From IMG/VR virus record IMGVR_UViG_3300042328_001905: a stretch of 20,000 bases of DNA. One strand, 5' to 3'. A model generated the notes under the pieces. It did no database searches. It was not told where the DNA came from and saw only the letters and a list, made by a program, of their open reading frames with translations. Numbering within the stretch: position 1 is the stretch's first letter; each line of letters opens with the position of its first letter. The DNA comes from an uncultured virus (IMG/VR IMGVR_UViG_3300042328_001905). Lineage: Duplodnaviria; Heunggongvirae; Uroviricota; Caudoviricetes. Shown here in pieces: positions 5,745 through 14,897 of this stretch. Position numbers and translations under genes: made by a program.

Positions 5745-7613
5745 ATGACAAAACATATTCAACAAACTTATCAAGTTCTTGATGAGATTGAACATATTAG
5801 AAAAAGAACTGGCATGTATGCTGGTTCTACTTCAATCCAAACAAGCCAAGAATGGGTTTATAATACTCAATCTAAAAATATGGAAAAGCGAGATATTTCA
5901 TATATCCCCGCTTTTATTAAAATCTTTTCTGAAATTCTTGATAATTCTATTGACGAAGGAAAAAGAGCGCCTGATGTATTAAATCAAATTAAAGTGGATA
6001 TTACATTTGATGAAATTTCTATTCAGGATAATGGTCGAGGTATTCCCGTAGAAATTCATGATCAAACTGGAACATATATTGCAGAAACAGTTTTTTCTAA
6101 TTTGCGCGCAGGTTCCAATTTTAATGATGATGAAGATCAATCATTAATCGGTACTAATGGTGTTGGTTCAACATTAACTAATGTTCTTTCTACAAATTTT
6201 AAAATTGAATCTTGCGACGGTAAGAAAAAATTAACTCAAGATTTCTGGAATGGGATGCGAGAGCGTTCAGAACCTAAAATTAAAGAATATTCTAAAAATG
6301 GAACTAAAATTACATTCACGCCAGATTATGAATTTTTTAAGTTAACAGGTTTAGATGCAGACCATATTTGTAAAATTCAAAAGAAAGTAATTGATGCTGC
6401 TGCAAATAATTTAAATATTAAATTTTATTTTAATGGTGAATTAATTAAATTTAAATCTTTTGATGATTATATTTCGTTATATTCTACTGAGTATTACACA
6501 GATAATACTGATGATTGGAAAGTTGGTATCAGTTCTTCGGATGGATTTGAGCAAATTTCTTTTATCAATTCGGTAGAAACTTATCAAGGTGGAACTCATG
6601 TCAATTATGTTGTTGATCAAATCACAACTAAACTTCGTGAGCACTTTAAGAAAAAACATAAAGTGGATGTAAAACCTAGTGATATTAAAAATCATTTTAG
6701 AGTTTATATTGCTGGTACAGTAAATCGACCAAGATTTTCTAGTCAAACAAAAGAAAATATGATTAGTTTGCCAACCGAATGGAAAACTTCCTGGAGCGTT
6801 AGCGATAAATTTATTAAAAACATTCTTAAATCCGAGATTATTCAATCTATTTTGGATTGGGTTCAGGCTAAAGAACGTGCTGCTGAAGCTGCTGAATTGC
6901 GTAAAGCTAATAAAAATTTAGATAAAGCAGATCCACGTAGAGTTGAAAAGTTCCATGATGCATCTACCAAACAACGTAATGAAGCAATGTTATTTTTAGC
7001 AGAAGGAGATTCTGCACTTTCAGCATTGTTATCTGGTAGAGATCCAAAAACAATGGCAGCATTTCCGTTACGAGGTAAACCTGTTAATGTACGACCTATG
7101 GAATTAAAAGATATTCTTGATAATAAAGAATTTAAAAGCATCATGACAATTACTGGGCTTCAATTTGGTGTTCCTGTTAATTCTATCGAAGATATTCGGT
7201 TTGGTAAAATTGTCCTGTCTACAGATTCGGATTTAGATGGATTTCACATAAGAGCATTATTATTAAATGCGTTTTATAAATTTTGGCCAGAATTATTTTC
7301 TTTAGGTGTTATTTATATTTTAAATACACCAATTGTAAAAGTTAAGTATAAAAAAGAAATATTAAGTTTTTACACTTTAGATCAATTTAATGATTGGAAA
7401 AAAGATCATATTGGAGAAAAATATGAATCCAAATATTATAAAGGTCTAGGAACCAGTTCTAGTAAAGAATGGAAAATTTATTTGTCCGAATTGGCTAATA
7501 ATTTAGAACAATTAATTTCATTAAAAGACGAGACTGCACTTTTTGATTTACATTTTTCTAAAGAAACTGGTAGTACTGATAAGAGAAAAGTTTGGTTGGG
7601 TATTGAAGGGTAA
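5745..7613 (+). CDS. DNA topoisomerase II large subunit (fused T4 gp39+gp60 equivalent)
   Basis: GHKL motifs EILDNSID, DNGRGIP and GTNGVG; TOPRIM motifs EGDSA, PLRGK, DSDLDG and YKGLG. Confidence 0.95.
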   Translation: MTKHIQQTYQVLDEIEHIRKRTGMYAGSTSIQTSQEWVYNTQSKNMEKRDISYIPAFIKIFSEILDNSIDEGKRAPDVLNQIKVDITFDEISIQDNGRGIPVEIHDQTGTYIAETVFSNLRAGSNFNDDEDQSLIGTNGVGSTLTNVLSTNFKIESCDGKKKLTQDFWNGMRERSEPKIKEYSKNGTKITFTPDYEFFKLTGLDADHICKIQKKVIDAAANNLNIKFYFNGELIKFKSFDDYISLYSTEYYTDNTDDWKVGISSSDGFEQISFINSVETYQGGTHVNYVVDQITTKLREHFKKKHKVDVKPSDIKNHFRVYIAGTVNRPRFSSQTKENMISLPTEWKTSWSVSDKFIKNILKSEIIQSILDWVQAKERAAEAAELRKANKNLDKADPRRVEKFHDASTKQRNEAMLFLAEGDSALSALLSGRDPKTMAAFPLRGKPVNVRPMELKDILDNKEFKSIMTITGLQFGVPVNSIEDIRFGKIVLSTDSDLDGFHIRALLLNAFYKFWPELFSLGVIYILNTPIVKVKYKKEILSFYTLDQFNDWKKDHIGEKYESKYYKGLGTSSSKEWKIYLSELANNLEQLISLKDETALFDLHFSKETGSTDKRKVWLGIEG

Positions 7614-7615
7614 AT

Positions 7616-7900
7616 ATGATAAAATATTGTTTTCCATTTTCTACCTTAGATGGATTAGAATTGATTCCGTTTTTGTGGATGTTTGATGAAACTTTTATTA
7701 GAAGTATGGGTAAACGATTTAAAAATCTTAATAAAGATTTATTATATCAAAAAAATTATATTTCTGATGTTTTATTAGAGAAATTAGATGGAGTTGTATT
7801 TTCTGGGTATGTAGGTAAAATCCAATACAATTATAATTTTTCTGAAAATACTAGAACAATTAGATTTTCTATTGATACTGAAATTTTATTTGACTTATGA
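7616..7900 (+). CDS. Hypothetical protein
   Basis: Tightly packed ORF with an ATGA overlap to the next gene. Confidence 0.55.
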   Translation: MIKYCFPFSTLDGLELIPFLWMFDETFIRSMGKRFKNLNKDLLYQKNYISDVLLEKLDGVVFSGYVGKIQYNYNFSENTRTIRFSIDTEILFDL

Positions 7901-8184
7901 ATATAAAATTAACTGAAAATGATATAATTAATTTATTATTCAGATTTGAATATTTACAAGAATCAGTATTTGATCAAATAAATTCTTCAATCTTAAATTT
8001 AACAGAATTTAAATGTAAATTTAAACTTAAATTTTATTCTAAACCATTTATATCATATGGTGTATTATCATTTAATAAATGTTTAAATAATAGATCTATT
8101 ATTTTAGAATTTTCTGATACCGAATTAACATATTTAAAAATTATGGATATACAAACAAATAAAATTTTATTGGAGATAAAATGA
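7897..8184 (+). CDS. Hypothetical protein
   Basis: ATGA-coupled on both sides. Confidence 0.55.
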   Translation: MNIKLTENDIINLLFRFEYLQESVFDQINSSILNLTEFKCKFKLKFYSKPFISYGVLSFNKCLNNRSIILEFSDTELTYLKIMDIQTNKILLEIK

Positions 8185-8798
8185 AATCTTTTAAATTATT
8201 TCATGAAATGTCTATAAATGTTGGTGATGTTAAAATGGATTTAGCCACAAAACATGATCAACAAATTCATTTTAAAAAAAGTCGAAATTATCCTATTATG
8301 GATAATTTAAATAATAATGTTAAAAAACATGTTTTTAAAAATAAAAATATAACAAAATATTATACTAATGATCATGATTCAGGAAAAACTTTATATAAAA
8401 GCGAATTTCATGAACATAATCCCACAAAATTTATTCCATTCAAACATCAAGAACAGACATCTGTTGAAAGAATATCTACAAAATTATTACCGAAAAATTA
8501 TGCATTGCATGAAACATTAAATCATCTACATAATTCTAATTTACCTTTAATTTCTTCAACTTACCAAACCCCATCAGGTCATAATATGTGGAAGAAATTA
8601 TCTCATAAAGCATTGGAAACTGGTCATCATGTTTATTATCACGATGGATCTAAGTTACATAAAACTACATCTGAGAATATAGAAAATCATCTACATTCAT
8701 ATTTTGACCCAGGAACTAATTTTGATTCTTCTGGTAATTTGATTGATCCATTAGATTTCGAACATAAACATATAATTATATCTAAACATAAACTATGA
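8181..8798 (+). CDS. His-rich protein, paralogue of 10612-11238; possible internal head protein
   Basis: GGAG SD; MKSFKLFHE N-terminus; shares PFKHQEQT, GHNMW.KL.HKAL and VYYHDGS with the paralogue. Confidence 0.7.
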   Translation: MKSFKLFHEMSINVGDVKMDLATKHDQQIHFKKSRNYPIMDNLNNNVKKHVFKNKNITKYYTNDHDSGKTLYKSEFHEHNPTKFIPFKHQEQTSVERISTKLLPKNYALHETLNHLHNSNLPLISSTYQTPSGHNMWKKLSHKALETGHHVYYHDGSKLHKTTSENIENHLHSYFDPGTNFDSSGNLIDPLDFEHKHIIISKHKL

Positions 8799-10102
8799 AA
8801 CAAATTACAATCGATAGATTATTTCAGGAACAATATCGTCCGTACGCCAACTACGATAATGAGCGTTCATTACCAAATTTAATTGATGGTTTGAAAATTA
8901 CTCAGCGTAAAGTTTTATATACTTGTTTATTGAAAAATACAACAAGTGAAATGAAAGTCGCTCAATTAGCGTCTTCCGTGGCATACGAAACCCAGTATCA
9001 CCACGGTGAAGCAGGTATTGGTGGCGTAATTTGTAACCTTGCGCAGGATTTTGTAGGCTCTAATAATTTAAATTGGTTGGATCCTATTGGTCAGTTTGGT
9101 TCTAGATTAAGCCCAATTCCAGCAGCTCATCGTTATATTTTTACAAAATTATCAAAAAACTTTAGACAATATTTCCGTAAAGAAGATGATATTATCCTAG
9201 AGCATTTATATGAAGACGAATATAAGATTGAGCCAAATTTCTTTGTGCCACTCTTGCCAGGAGTGCTTTTAAACAGTACCCAGGGTATTGGTACTGGTTT
9301 TGCTTCTACGATCCTCTCTCGTGATCCTCGAGAGCTCTCGTCCTACATTAAGAACAAGATGTCAGGTGGTATTCGATATTATGATTTACTGCCGTATTTT
9401 GACGGATTCAAAGGTACAGTTGAACGTGTAGAGGAAAATAAATATAAAATTAGTGGTTGTATTGAGCGAGTTAGTGCTACTCAAATTAAAATTACTGAAT
9501 TGCCTGTTGGTATGTATCTTGATGACATTAAAAAACAATTAAATAAATTAATAGAAAATGATTCCATCAAAGATTATGAGGATAATTCGACCGAAGAAAG
9601 TTTTGATATTGATGTGTACTATCAAAGAGGAATTTTAAATAATTTACTTGACGAAACCCTACTTGATAGGTTAAAATTGACTACAACGGTTACTGAAAAT
9701 TTAACGTGCTGGTTGCCCACTGGTAAGTTAAGAAAATTCAGTTCTGTTAATGATATTATTGATTACTTTGTTGATTGGCGTTTGTGTAAATATACTGAAC
9801 GTATCATTAAGTTAATTGATATTTTAAACGATGATATTAAAATTTCTAATGAGCGAATTAGATTTATTTATTTTTATTTAGATAATGTTAATTTATTTAA
9901 AAATGCATCAAAACTTGAGTTAATTTCAATTTTAGATGAAAATGACTTTACTGATAAATTATTAGATATGAAAATTTGGAATTTAACTGGTTCTAGAATA
10001 AAAGAATTGGAAACTCAGGTTAAAGAATTAAATACTAAGAAAAAACAATTAGAAAAAACAACTAATATACAATTATATTCAAAAGAATTGGAGGAATTAT
10101 GA
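8795..10102 (+). CDS. DNA topoisomerase II medium subunit (T4 gp52 equivalent)
   Basis: DGLKITQRK, YHHGE, GQFGSR, catalytic AAHRY, GIGTGF and ITELPVG motifs. Confidence 0.95.
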   Translation: MKQITIDRLFQEQYRPYANYDNERSLPNLIDGLKITQRKVLYTCLLKNTTSEMKVAQLASSVAYETQYHHGEAGIGGVICNLAQDFVGSNNLNWLDPIGQFGSRLSPIPAAHRYIFTKLSKNFRQYFRKEDDIILEHLYEDEYKIEPNFFVPLLPGVLLNSTQGIGTGFASTILSRDPRELSSYIKNKMSGGIRYYDLLPYFDGFKGTVERVEENKYKISGCIERVSATQIKITELPVGMYLDDIKKQLNKLIENDSIKDYEDNSTEESFDIDVYYQRGILNNLLDETLLDRLKLTTTVTENLTCWLPTGKLRKFSSVNDIIDYFVDWRLCKYTERIIKLIDILNDDIKISNERIRFIYFYLDNVNLFKNASKLELISILDENDFTDKLLDMKIWNLTGSRIKELETQVKELNTKKKQLEKTTNIQLYSKELEEL

Positions 10103-10287
10103 TCCCAGAATTTACAGCTCAAGAATTACAAGAATTGAAATCTAGATTTAATAGCATCGTTGTTAATGAAAGTGTAGAAAATGAAGTTATTGTTCATACA
10201 TTATCATCTGGTAGAATTGTCAAAGGTGTAGTTACAATGGAAGGTGTATTACAAGTTAAATCTGTATCTAACTTTTTGTGCGGATAA
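10099..10287 (+). CDS. Small hypothetical protein
   Basis: GGAGG SD and ATGA overlap with gp52. Confidence 0.65.
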   Translation: MIPEFTAQELQELKSRFNSIVVNESVENEVIVHTLSSGRIVKGVVTMEGVLQVKSVSNFLCG

Positions 10288-10288
10288 A

Positions 10289-10615
10289 ATGCAACAACAA
10301 TATACAGTATCTACAGGGATGGATACATATCAAGCAGCAAGTTTAATTCCTTGGTATGATATCCTAACTGATGAATTTATTGAATTTATGCAAAATTGTG
10401 TATTTGAAGATATTTCTTTAGATTTAGATGACAATTTAGGTTATTATTTATGGGATTTATTTCAGCATAGAATGTGGATAAAATCTCAAATATCTGGTTG
10501 GATATGTAATAATGGTAGAAGATTAGAATGGGATAGTAAATCTAAAAAAATGACTAATATAAAAATCTATAATATTATAGATAACCAAAAATATCTTTTA
10601 TTGGAGTTAAAATGA
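10289..10615 (+). CDS. Hypothetical protein
   Basis: Track ORF 10244-10615; the likely start MQQQY lies just after the upstream stop. Confidence 0.55.
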   Translation: MQQQYTVSTGMDTYQAASLIPWYDILTDEFIEFMQNCVFEDISLDLDDNLGYYLWDLFQHRMWIKSQISGWICNNGRRLEWDSKSKKMTNIKIYNIIDNQKYLLLELK

Positions 10616-11238
10616 AATCTTATTGGGATTTTATTGAAGAAATGGCTCGAAATATAGGAAATCACCCTTATTCGAGATTAAATAATGATAGAGAATTTCG
10701 GTTTGAGAAGTATAAAACTAATTCAAGTTATCCTATTTATCAATATGATACAGGCGATCAAAATGTTAATGTGACTAAACATATTGATAATAATGGTACT
10801 ATTTATTATTCAACCAATGATAATTCATCAAAAGAAATTATACATTATTCAAATATTGAAACGCATAAACCTACAGCTAAATTACCGTTTAAACATCAAG
10901 AACAAACAATGGTTGAACGAATAAAAGATAATAGATTACCGAAAGAATATGCTACAAATTTTATCTATAACCATTTTAAATCAAGTAATTTACCTTTAAG
11001 AAGTTCTGATACACAATATAGAACTGGGCATAATATGTGGAGAAAATTAGCTCATAAAGCTTTAGATGATGGTTATCGTGTTTATTATCACGACGGATCG
11101 CAATTACATAAATCTAATAAAATGAATGTTGATAAACATTTAGATTCTTCTTTTGGTGTAGAAACTAGAATTAGAGGTAACGCATTACCTCCAGATTATG
11201 AACAACGACATATTATTTTATCAAAAAAGGAATTATAG
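10612..11238 (+). CDS. Paralogue of 8181-8798; possible internal head protein
   Basis: GGAG SD; MKSYWDFIEE N-terminus; shared motifs with 8181-8798. Confidence 0.7.
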   Translation: MKSYWDFIEEMARNIGNHPYSRLNNDREFRFEKYKTNSSYPIYQYDTGDQNVNVTKHIDNNGTIYYSTNDNSSKEIIHYSNIETHKPTAKLPFKHQEQTMVERIKDNRLPKEYATNFIYNHFKSSNLPLRSSDTQYRTGHNMWRKLAHKALDDGYRVYYHDGSQLHKSNKMNVDKHLDSSFGVETRIRGNALPPDYEQRHIILSKKEL

Positions 11239-11239
11239 A

Positions 11240-12091
11240 ATGAATTATTTAATTATAGATTTAAATCAGGTTGTGATTAGTGGATTACAATCTCAAGTTA
11301 AATCTAACAAAATAAATGTTTTGAATAAAGATTTATGTAGACATTTAGTTCTTAATTCAATTAGAGCTATTGTCTACAAATTTAAACGAGATTATCCTAA
11401 CGTAATTATCGCAGCAGATTCTAGAAAATATTGGAGAAAAGAAGTATTTCCTTTCTACAAAGCAGGTAGAAAAAAAGCTCGCGAAAAATCAACACTAGAT
11501 TGGACTTTAATTTTTGAAGTTTTGGATGAAGTTCGTACTGATTTAATTAATATTTTTCCATATAAAGTTATTTTAGTTGATAGAGCTGAGGCTGACGATA
11601 TTATTGGTACTCTTGTTCCTAGATTATCTGCTCACGGTAATGTTTTGATTGCTAGTTCTGATGGAGACTTTAAGCAATTACACAAATATGGTAATGTTAA
11701 ACAGTATAATCCTATGTTGGGAATATATGTTACTTCGCCTAATCCAGAATTAGAATTAAAAGAAAAAATCTTAACAGGTGATAGTGGAGATGGTATCCCT
11801 TCTTGTTTGTCTAATGATAATGTTTTGGTGGAAGGTATCAGGCAAAAGCCATTAACGGCTAAGAAAAAAGCTGAATTGTTATCGCAAGATTTTAATAATC
11901 CTGATATTGAGTTTTATAGAAACATTCAACGCAATAAATTGTTAATTGATTTGACTATGACCCCACAGGATATTAAAGATAAAATTGTTGAGGAATTGGA
12001 ATCTGACCAAACTGGTTCTAAACAATTGGTAATGAAGTATTTTATTGAAAAAAGGTTAAATAGATTATTGGAGTGTATTGATGAATTTTAA
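11240..12091 (+). CDS. rnh: T4-type RNase H (5'-3' flap exonuclease)
   Basis: IIDLNQ, YWRK..FPFYKAGRK, EADDIIG, SSDGDFKQL and GDSGDGIP motifs; AAGGA SD before MNYLIID. Confidence 0.92.
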   Translation: MNYLIIDLNQVVISGLQSQVKSNKINVLNKDLCRHLVLNSIRAIVYKFKRDYPNVIIAADSRKYWRKEVFPFYKAGRKKAREKSTLDWTLIFEVLDEVRTDLINIFPYKVILVDRAEADDIIGTLVPRLSAHGNVLIASSDGDFKQLHKYGNVKQYNPMLGIYVTSPNPELELKEKILTGDSGDGIPSCLSNDNVLVEGIRQKPLTAKKKAELLSQDFNNPDIEFYRNIQRNKLLIDLTMTPQDIKDKIVEELESDQTGSKQLVMKYFIEKRLNRLLECIDEF

Positions 12092-12233
12092 TGACATTGA
12101 ATTAGAAGAAACAATTGGTGATATTATAGATAATGTTGCTGATATATTTGGTACTGTAGATGATTCTTTAGTGGAAAAACTGCGCGATATTGCTCTTGAA
12201 TTTGCGTCCGATTTTGATCGCGATTATTATTAA
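12081..12233 (+). CDS. Very acidic 50-aa protein
   Basis: Not in the track. GGAG SD; translates MNFNDIELEETIGDIIDNVADIFGTVDDSLVEKLRDIALEFASDFDRDYY. Confidence 0.65.
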   Translation: MNFNDIELEETIGDIIDNVADIFGTVDDSLVEKLRDIALEFASDFDRDYY

Positions 12234-12553
12234 TTTTTATAATAATTACAAAATAATTGTATCTCTTTATCTGTGAGATCATTTTTAGCTCGATTGGCTT
12301 TGACTGAAATAATTTCTATGTTATCTATTTCATATCCTTTCGAGCTATCTATTCTATCGAAACTATAACTATCGTCTTGTGCTGCTCCACGATGCCATTT
12401 TAAAGGTATTCCCAACACAGGACATGTTATAGGAAAACTTAAATTATTTAACTCTGGAATTGTTAACGTAAATTCTATTTTTCTACGTTTAGCTGACTGT
12501 TTAAGTCGTTGATAAATTTCCCGAGTTTCTGGTGGTTTTATTCTACAATTCAT
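12230..12553 (-). CDS. Small HNH-like (His-Me finger) endonuclease-fold protein
   Basis: AKRRKIEF.L, CPVLG and SFDRIDSSKGY..DN...IS..AN.AK motifs. Confidence 0.75.
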   Translation of the reverse strand: MNCRIKPPETREIYQRLKQSAKRRKIEFTLTIPELNNLSFPITCPVLGIPLKWHRGAAQDDSYSFDRIDSSKGYEIDNIEIISVKANRAKNDLTDKEIQLFCNYYKN

Positions 12554-12565
12554 ATATTATTTTTT

Positions 12566-12754
12566 ATGTACATATTAGTATTAATTATATCCCTTAAATC
12601 GCAATTTAATCATGCATTAGATGTTAAAATTCAAGATAAGATTGAAACTGAACACGTTTGTCAGGCAATAGCAGAAGAAACTATTGCAGGGCTAAAATAT
12701 TATGACAAAGATGTTAATACTAAATATTTTTGTAAATTGAATACAGCTCGATAA
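12566..12754 (+). CDS. Small hypothetical protein with hydrophobic N-terminus and two Cys
   Basis: MYILVLIISL...C..........C; this start avoids overlap with the HNH-like gene. Confidence 0.5.
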   Translation: MYILVLIISLKSQFNHALDVKIQDKIETEHVCQAIAEETIAGLKYYDKDVNTKYFCKLNTAR

Positions 12755-12763
12755 GGAAAAGAA

Positions 12764-13141
12764 TTGATAAATTATTTAAAAGACATTTATAAAGAAGAAG
12801 AGCATGATGGATTTATTTTTTTATTGGATAATGACGAAATGTTAGATATTTCTGCCTTTACCTATAAAGATCCTTCTCCTCCAGTTGAGATGCATGAATC
12901 TCTTGGTTATAAGTATCATATTATAACATATAGAGAAACTGTTGATGGTGATATTGTTGAACCTGATATGTTTGAAGCTATTTTAGGTAATCCTTGGCAT
13001 TATTCATCTAATTTAATTAAAATGGGTTTTTTTGGTACTATATGTAAAAAGACTGCAACATCATTTCAAACTGTAAATGCTATGTTTCAAGATTTAGTTA
13101 AAACTGTACATGATCAGGAAATCGATGAACAAACAAATTGA
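12764..13141 (+). CDS. Acidic hypothetical protein
   Basis: TTG start with AAGGA SD. Confidence 0.6.
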   Translation: MINYLKDIYKEEEHDGFIFLLDNDEMLDISAFTYKDPSPPVEMHESLGYKYHIITYRETVDGDIVEPDMFEAILGNPWHYSSNLIKMGFFGTICKKTATSFQTVNAMFQDLVKTVHDQEIDEQTN

Positions 13142-13367
13142 TAAGTTAATAGAAGAATATATTCCATCAGATAAAATTAAAGCGGAAAGTTTAATTCGAG
13201 CATTTGCTGCTGGGTTAACAAAAGAAATGGAACGGTATGCTGAGAGTCAGTATAGAAAATATAAATCCAGTACGAGTCAAACTGTACGTGATGATCCTTG
13301 GGTGTTAGGTACAAGCGAAGGCGCTGATCATTGTGTAGAAATTATTAAAAAAATGCTTGACGAATAG
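13125..13367 (+). CDS. Hypothetical protein
   Basis: AGGA SD before MNKQID. Confidence 0.6.
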   Translation: MNKQIDKLIEEYIPSDKIKAESLIRAFAAGLTKEMERYAESQYRKYKSSTSQTVRDDPWVLGTSEGADHCVEIIKKMLDE

Positions 13368-13385
13368 TACGAATTAGGTTAAACT
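13357..13385 (+). promoter_or_regulatory. sigma70 early promoter
   Basis: TTGACG, 17 bp, TAAACT. Confidence 0.65.
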
Positions 13386-13416
13386 ATTGTTATGTTAATA
13401 AAAAAGGTGAAAACTG

Positions 13417-13785
13417 ATGTGTAAAATTAAATTTGTAGAAGTATCGCAAATTATGGAAGATGGTCGCGCAATTGGTATGAAATATCTGGATAATTGGATG
13501 GTTATTACTAATTATAAAGATGTTGATGAAGCATTTTTAAATTTTAAATTTGTAATTAATACGGTTGTAACAGATAACCAATCAATTATTTTATGTCGAG
13601 ATGATGTAAAACGTTTTTGTAAAGCTATCCAAACAAATGTTGGTGATTGCGGTTCCAAAAAAACTATTTTTGGTAAATTAAAAGAATTTTTGCATGATAA
13701 TTATGAAGTAAAACGTATTATTATGAATCCAAGAACTCTAGAATATTATCCGCAAAATAAAGCATTTATTGTTAATAAATTATGA
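13417..13785 (+). CDS. Hypothetical protein
   Basis: AAGGTG SD; downstream of a promoter. Confidence 0.65.
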   Translation: MCKIKFVEVSQIMEDGRAIGMKYLDNWMVITNYKDVDEAFLNFKFVINTVVTDNQSIILCRDDVKRFCKAIQTNVGDCGSKKTIFGKLKEFLHDNYEVKRIIMNPRTLEYYPQNKAFIVNKL

Positions 13786-14045
13786 AACCGATTTATTGGG
13801 TAGAAGTATTAGAACGGGAATATGGTACTTTAAATTCACATAAAGTTATCCAGGAATATCCATTTCCTGATGTTGAATTTGAACCCTTTGGATTCGATTT
13901 AGCATTATTTGAGCAACAAATATATAAAATTGAAGATAAATTAACTAGATTTGCTACGCATAGGAGATTTAGGTTTATCGTTGACATATGGCACCCTAAA
14001 AATTATTTTAGGGTAGTTATTAAACCATGGAAATATAAAAAGTGA
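13782..14045 (+). CDS. Hypothetical protein
   Basis: ATGA overlap with the upstream ORF. Confidence 0.6.
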   Translation: MKPIYWVEVLEREYGTLNSHKVIQEYPFPDVEFEPFGFDLALFEQQIYKIEDKLTRFATHRRFRFIVDIWHPKNYFRVVIKPWKYKK

Positions 14046-14048
14046 GGA

Positions 14049-14231
14049 ATGATGGCAACAATTTCAAAAGCAAGTAGAAAAGCAAATCCAATGAAAACCA
14101 AGAATGAGCGACCAAGATTAGGTAATTATTCTACTGCAACATTGCGTGAAATGGCTGAAAAAGCTAGTTCAAAAAAGCAAAAACATAAAATTGAAAATCG
14201 TATTAAATACAATGTTAAAAGAGGTGTATAA
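14049..14231 (+). CDS. Small basic protein
   Basis: GAGG SD; K/R-rich. Confidence 0.6.
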   Translation: MMATISKASRKANPMKTKNERPRLGNYSTATLREMAEKASSKKQKHKIENRIKYNVKRGV

Positions 14232-14380
14232 TGAGTGGTGTTGAAGTTAAAAAATGTAGTTGTTCAGGAACTCCTGCTGCTGAATTCCAGGATAAACAGT
14301 ATGGAAAAGGTATGAGAGTAATGAATCAAGACGCTAAAAAAGGTTATTCTTGTACTGTTTGTGGAACTAAACACAAATAA
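14231..14380 (+). CDS. 49-aa zinc-finger-like protein (CxC...CxxC)
   Basis: Not in the track. GAGG SD and TAATG coupling; translates MSGVEVKKCSCSGTPAAEFQDKQYGKGMRVMNQDAKKGYSCTVCGTKHK. Confidence 0.75.
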   Translation: MSGVEVKKCSCSGTPAAEFQDKQYGKGMRVMNQDAKKGYSCTVCGTKHK

Positions 14381-14581
14381 TTAATTAAAGATATATCCTA
14401 ATCCTAATATAAGAAGCCAGAAAAGAAACTGATTTACAGTTATTTCTACTGGCTTCTCTTTTCTTGTTGATCGAGTTGTGCTCGATTTTGTTCTTTGTTT
14501 TCTTGGGTTAAATGCAGAATATCGATCTCGATAAAATTTCTTTGTAGGATTTTTTCTGTATTTTTTCCCAAAATTACTCAT
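14381..14581 (-). CDS. Basic protein with C-terminal transmembrane helix
   Basis: TAATG coupling; FLFWLLILGLGYIF tail. Confidence 0.6.
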   Translation of the reverse strand: MSNFGKKYRKNPTKKFYRDRYSAFNPRKQRTKSSTTRSTRKEKPVEITVNQFLFWLLILGLGYIFN

Positions 14582-14877
14582 TATTTTTTCGCAGCTTTTG
14601 CAACGTTTTTAGCAACTTTTGCAACTGATGTGGATCCTTCAGATTCTGCTACTTCACCTAATGCTTCAGCTACAACTCCAACAACATTATCTGTGTCAGC
14701 TAATTCTTGTCCTATTTTAGCCGCTGCAGCTCCAGCTTTTTCAGTTAAAGGAACTAATTCTTCATTTCCTGTTATAATTTCTACAGTTGTTGCGGCTTTT
14801 GTTAAAAATGGCGCAAATTTACCGAGTCCAACAAATCCCATTTTAATTTTTGATAAAATATTTGTTAAAAAATTCAT
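14581..14877 (-). CDS. Ala-rich hypothetical protein
   Basis: AAGGAG SD. Confidence 0.7.
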   Translation of the reverse strand: MNFLTNILSKIKMGFVGLGKFAPFLTKAATTVEIITGNEELVPLTEKAGAAAAKIGQELADTDNVVGVVAEALGEVAESEGSTSVAKVAKNVAKAAKK

Positions 14878-14897
14878 TTCATACTCCTTTTGGTTAT

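Noticed and set aside
5779..7144. ORFs 5779-5982, 6477-6845 and 6863-7144
   Set aside because: Out-of-frame or antisense shadows of the topoisomerase gene.
5745..7613. T4 gene 60-style ribosomal bypass, intron or intein
   Set aside because: The ORF is continuous, of normal length and has all motifs in frame.
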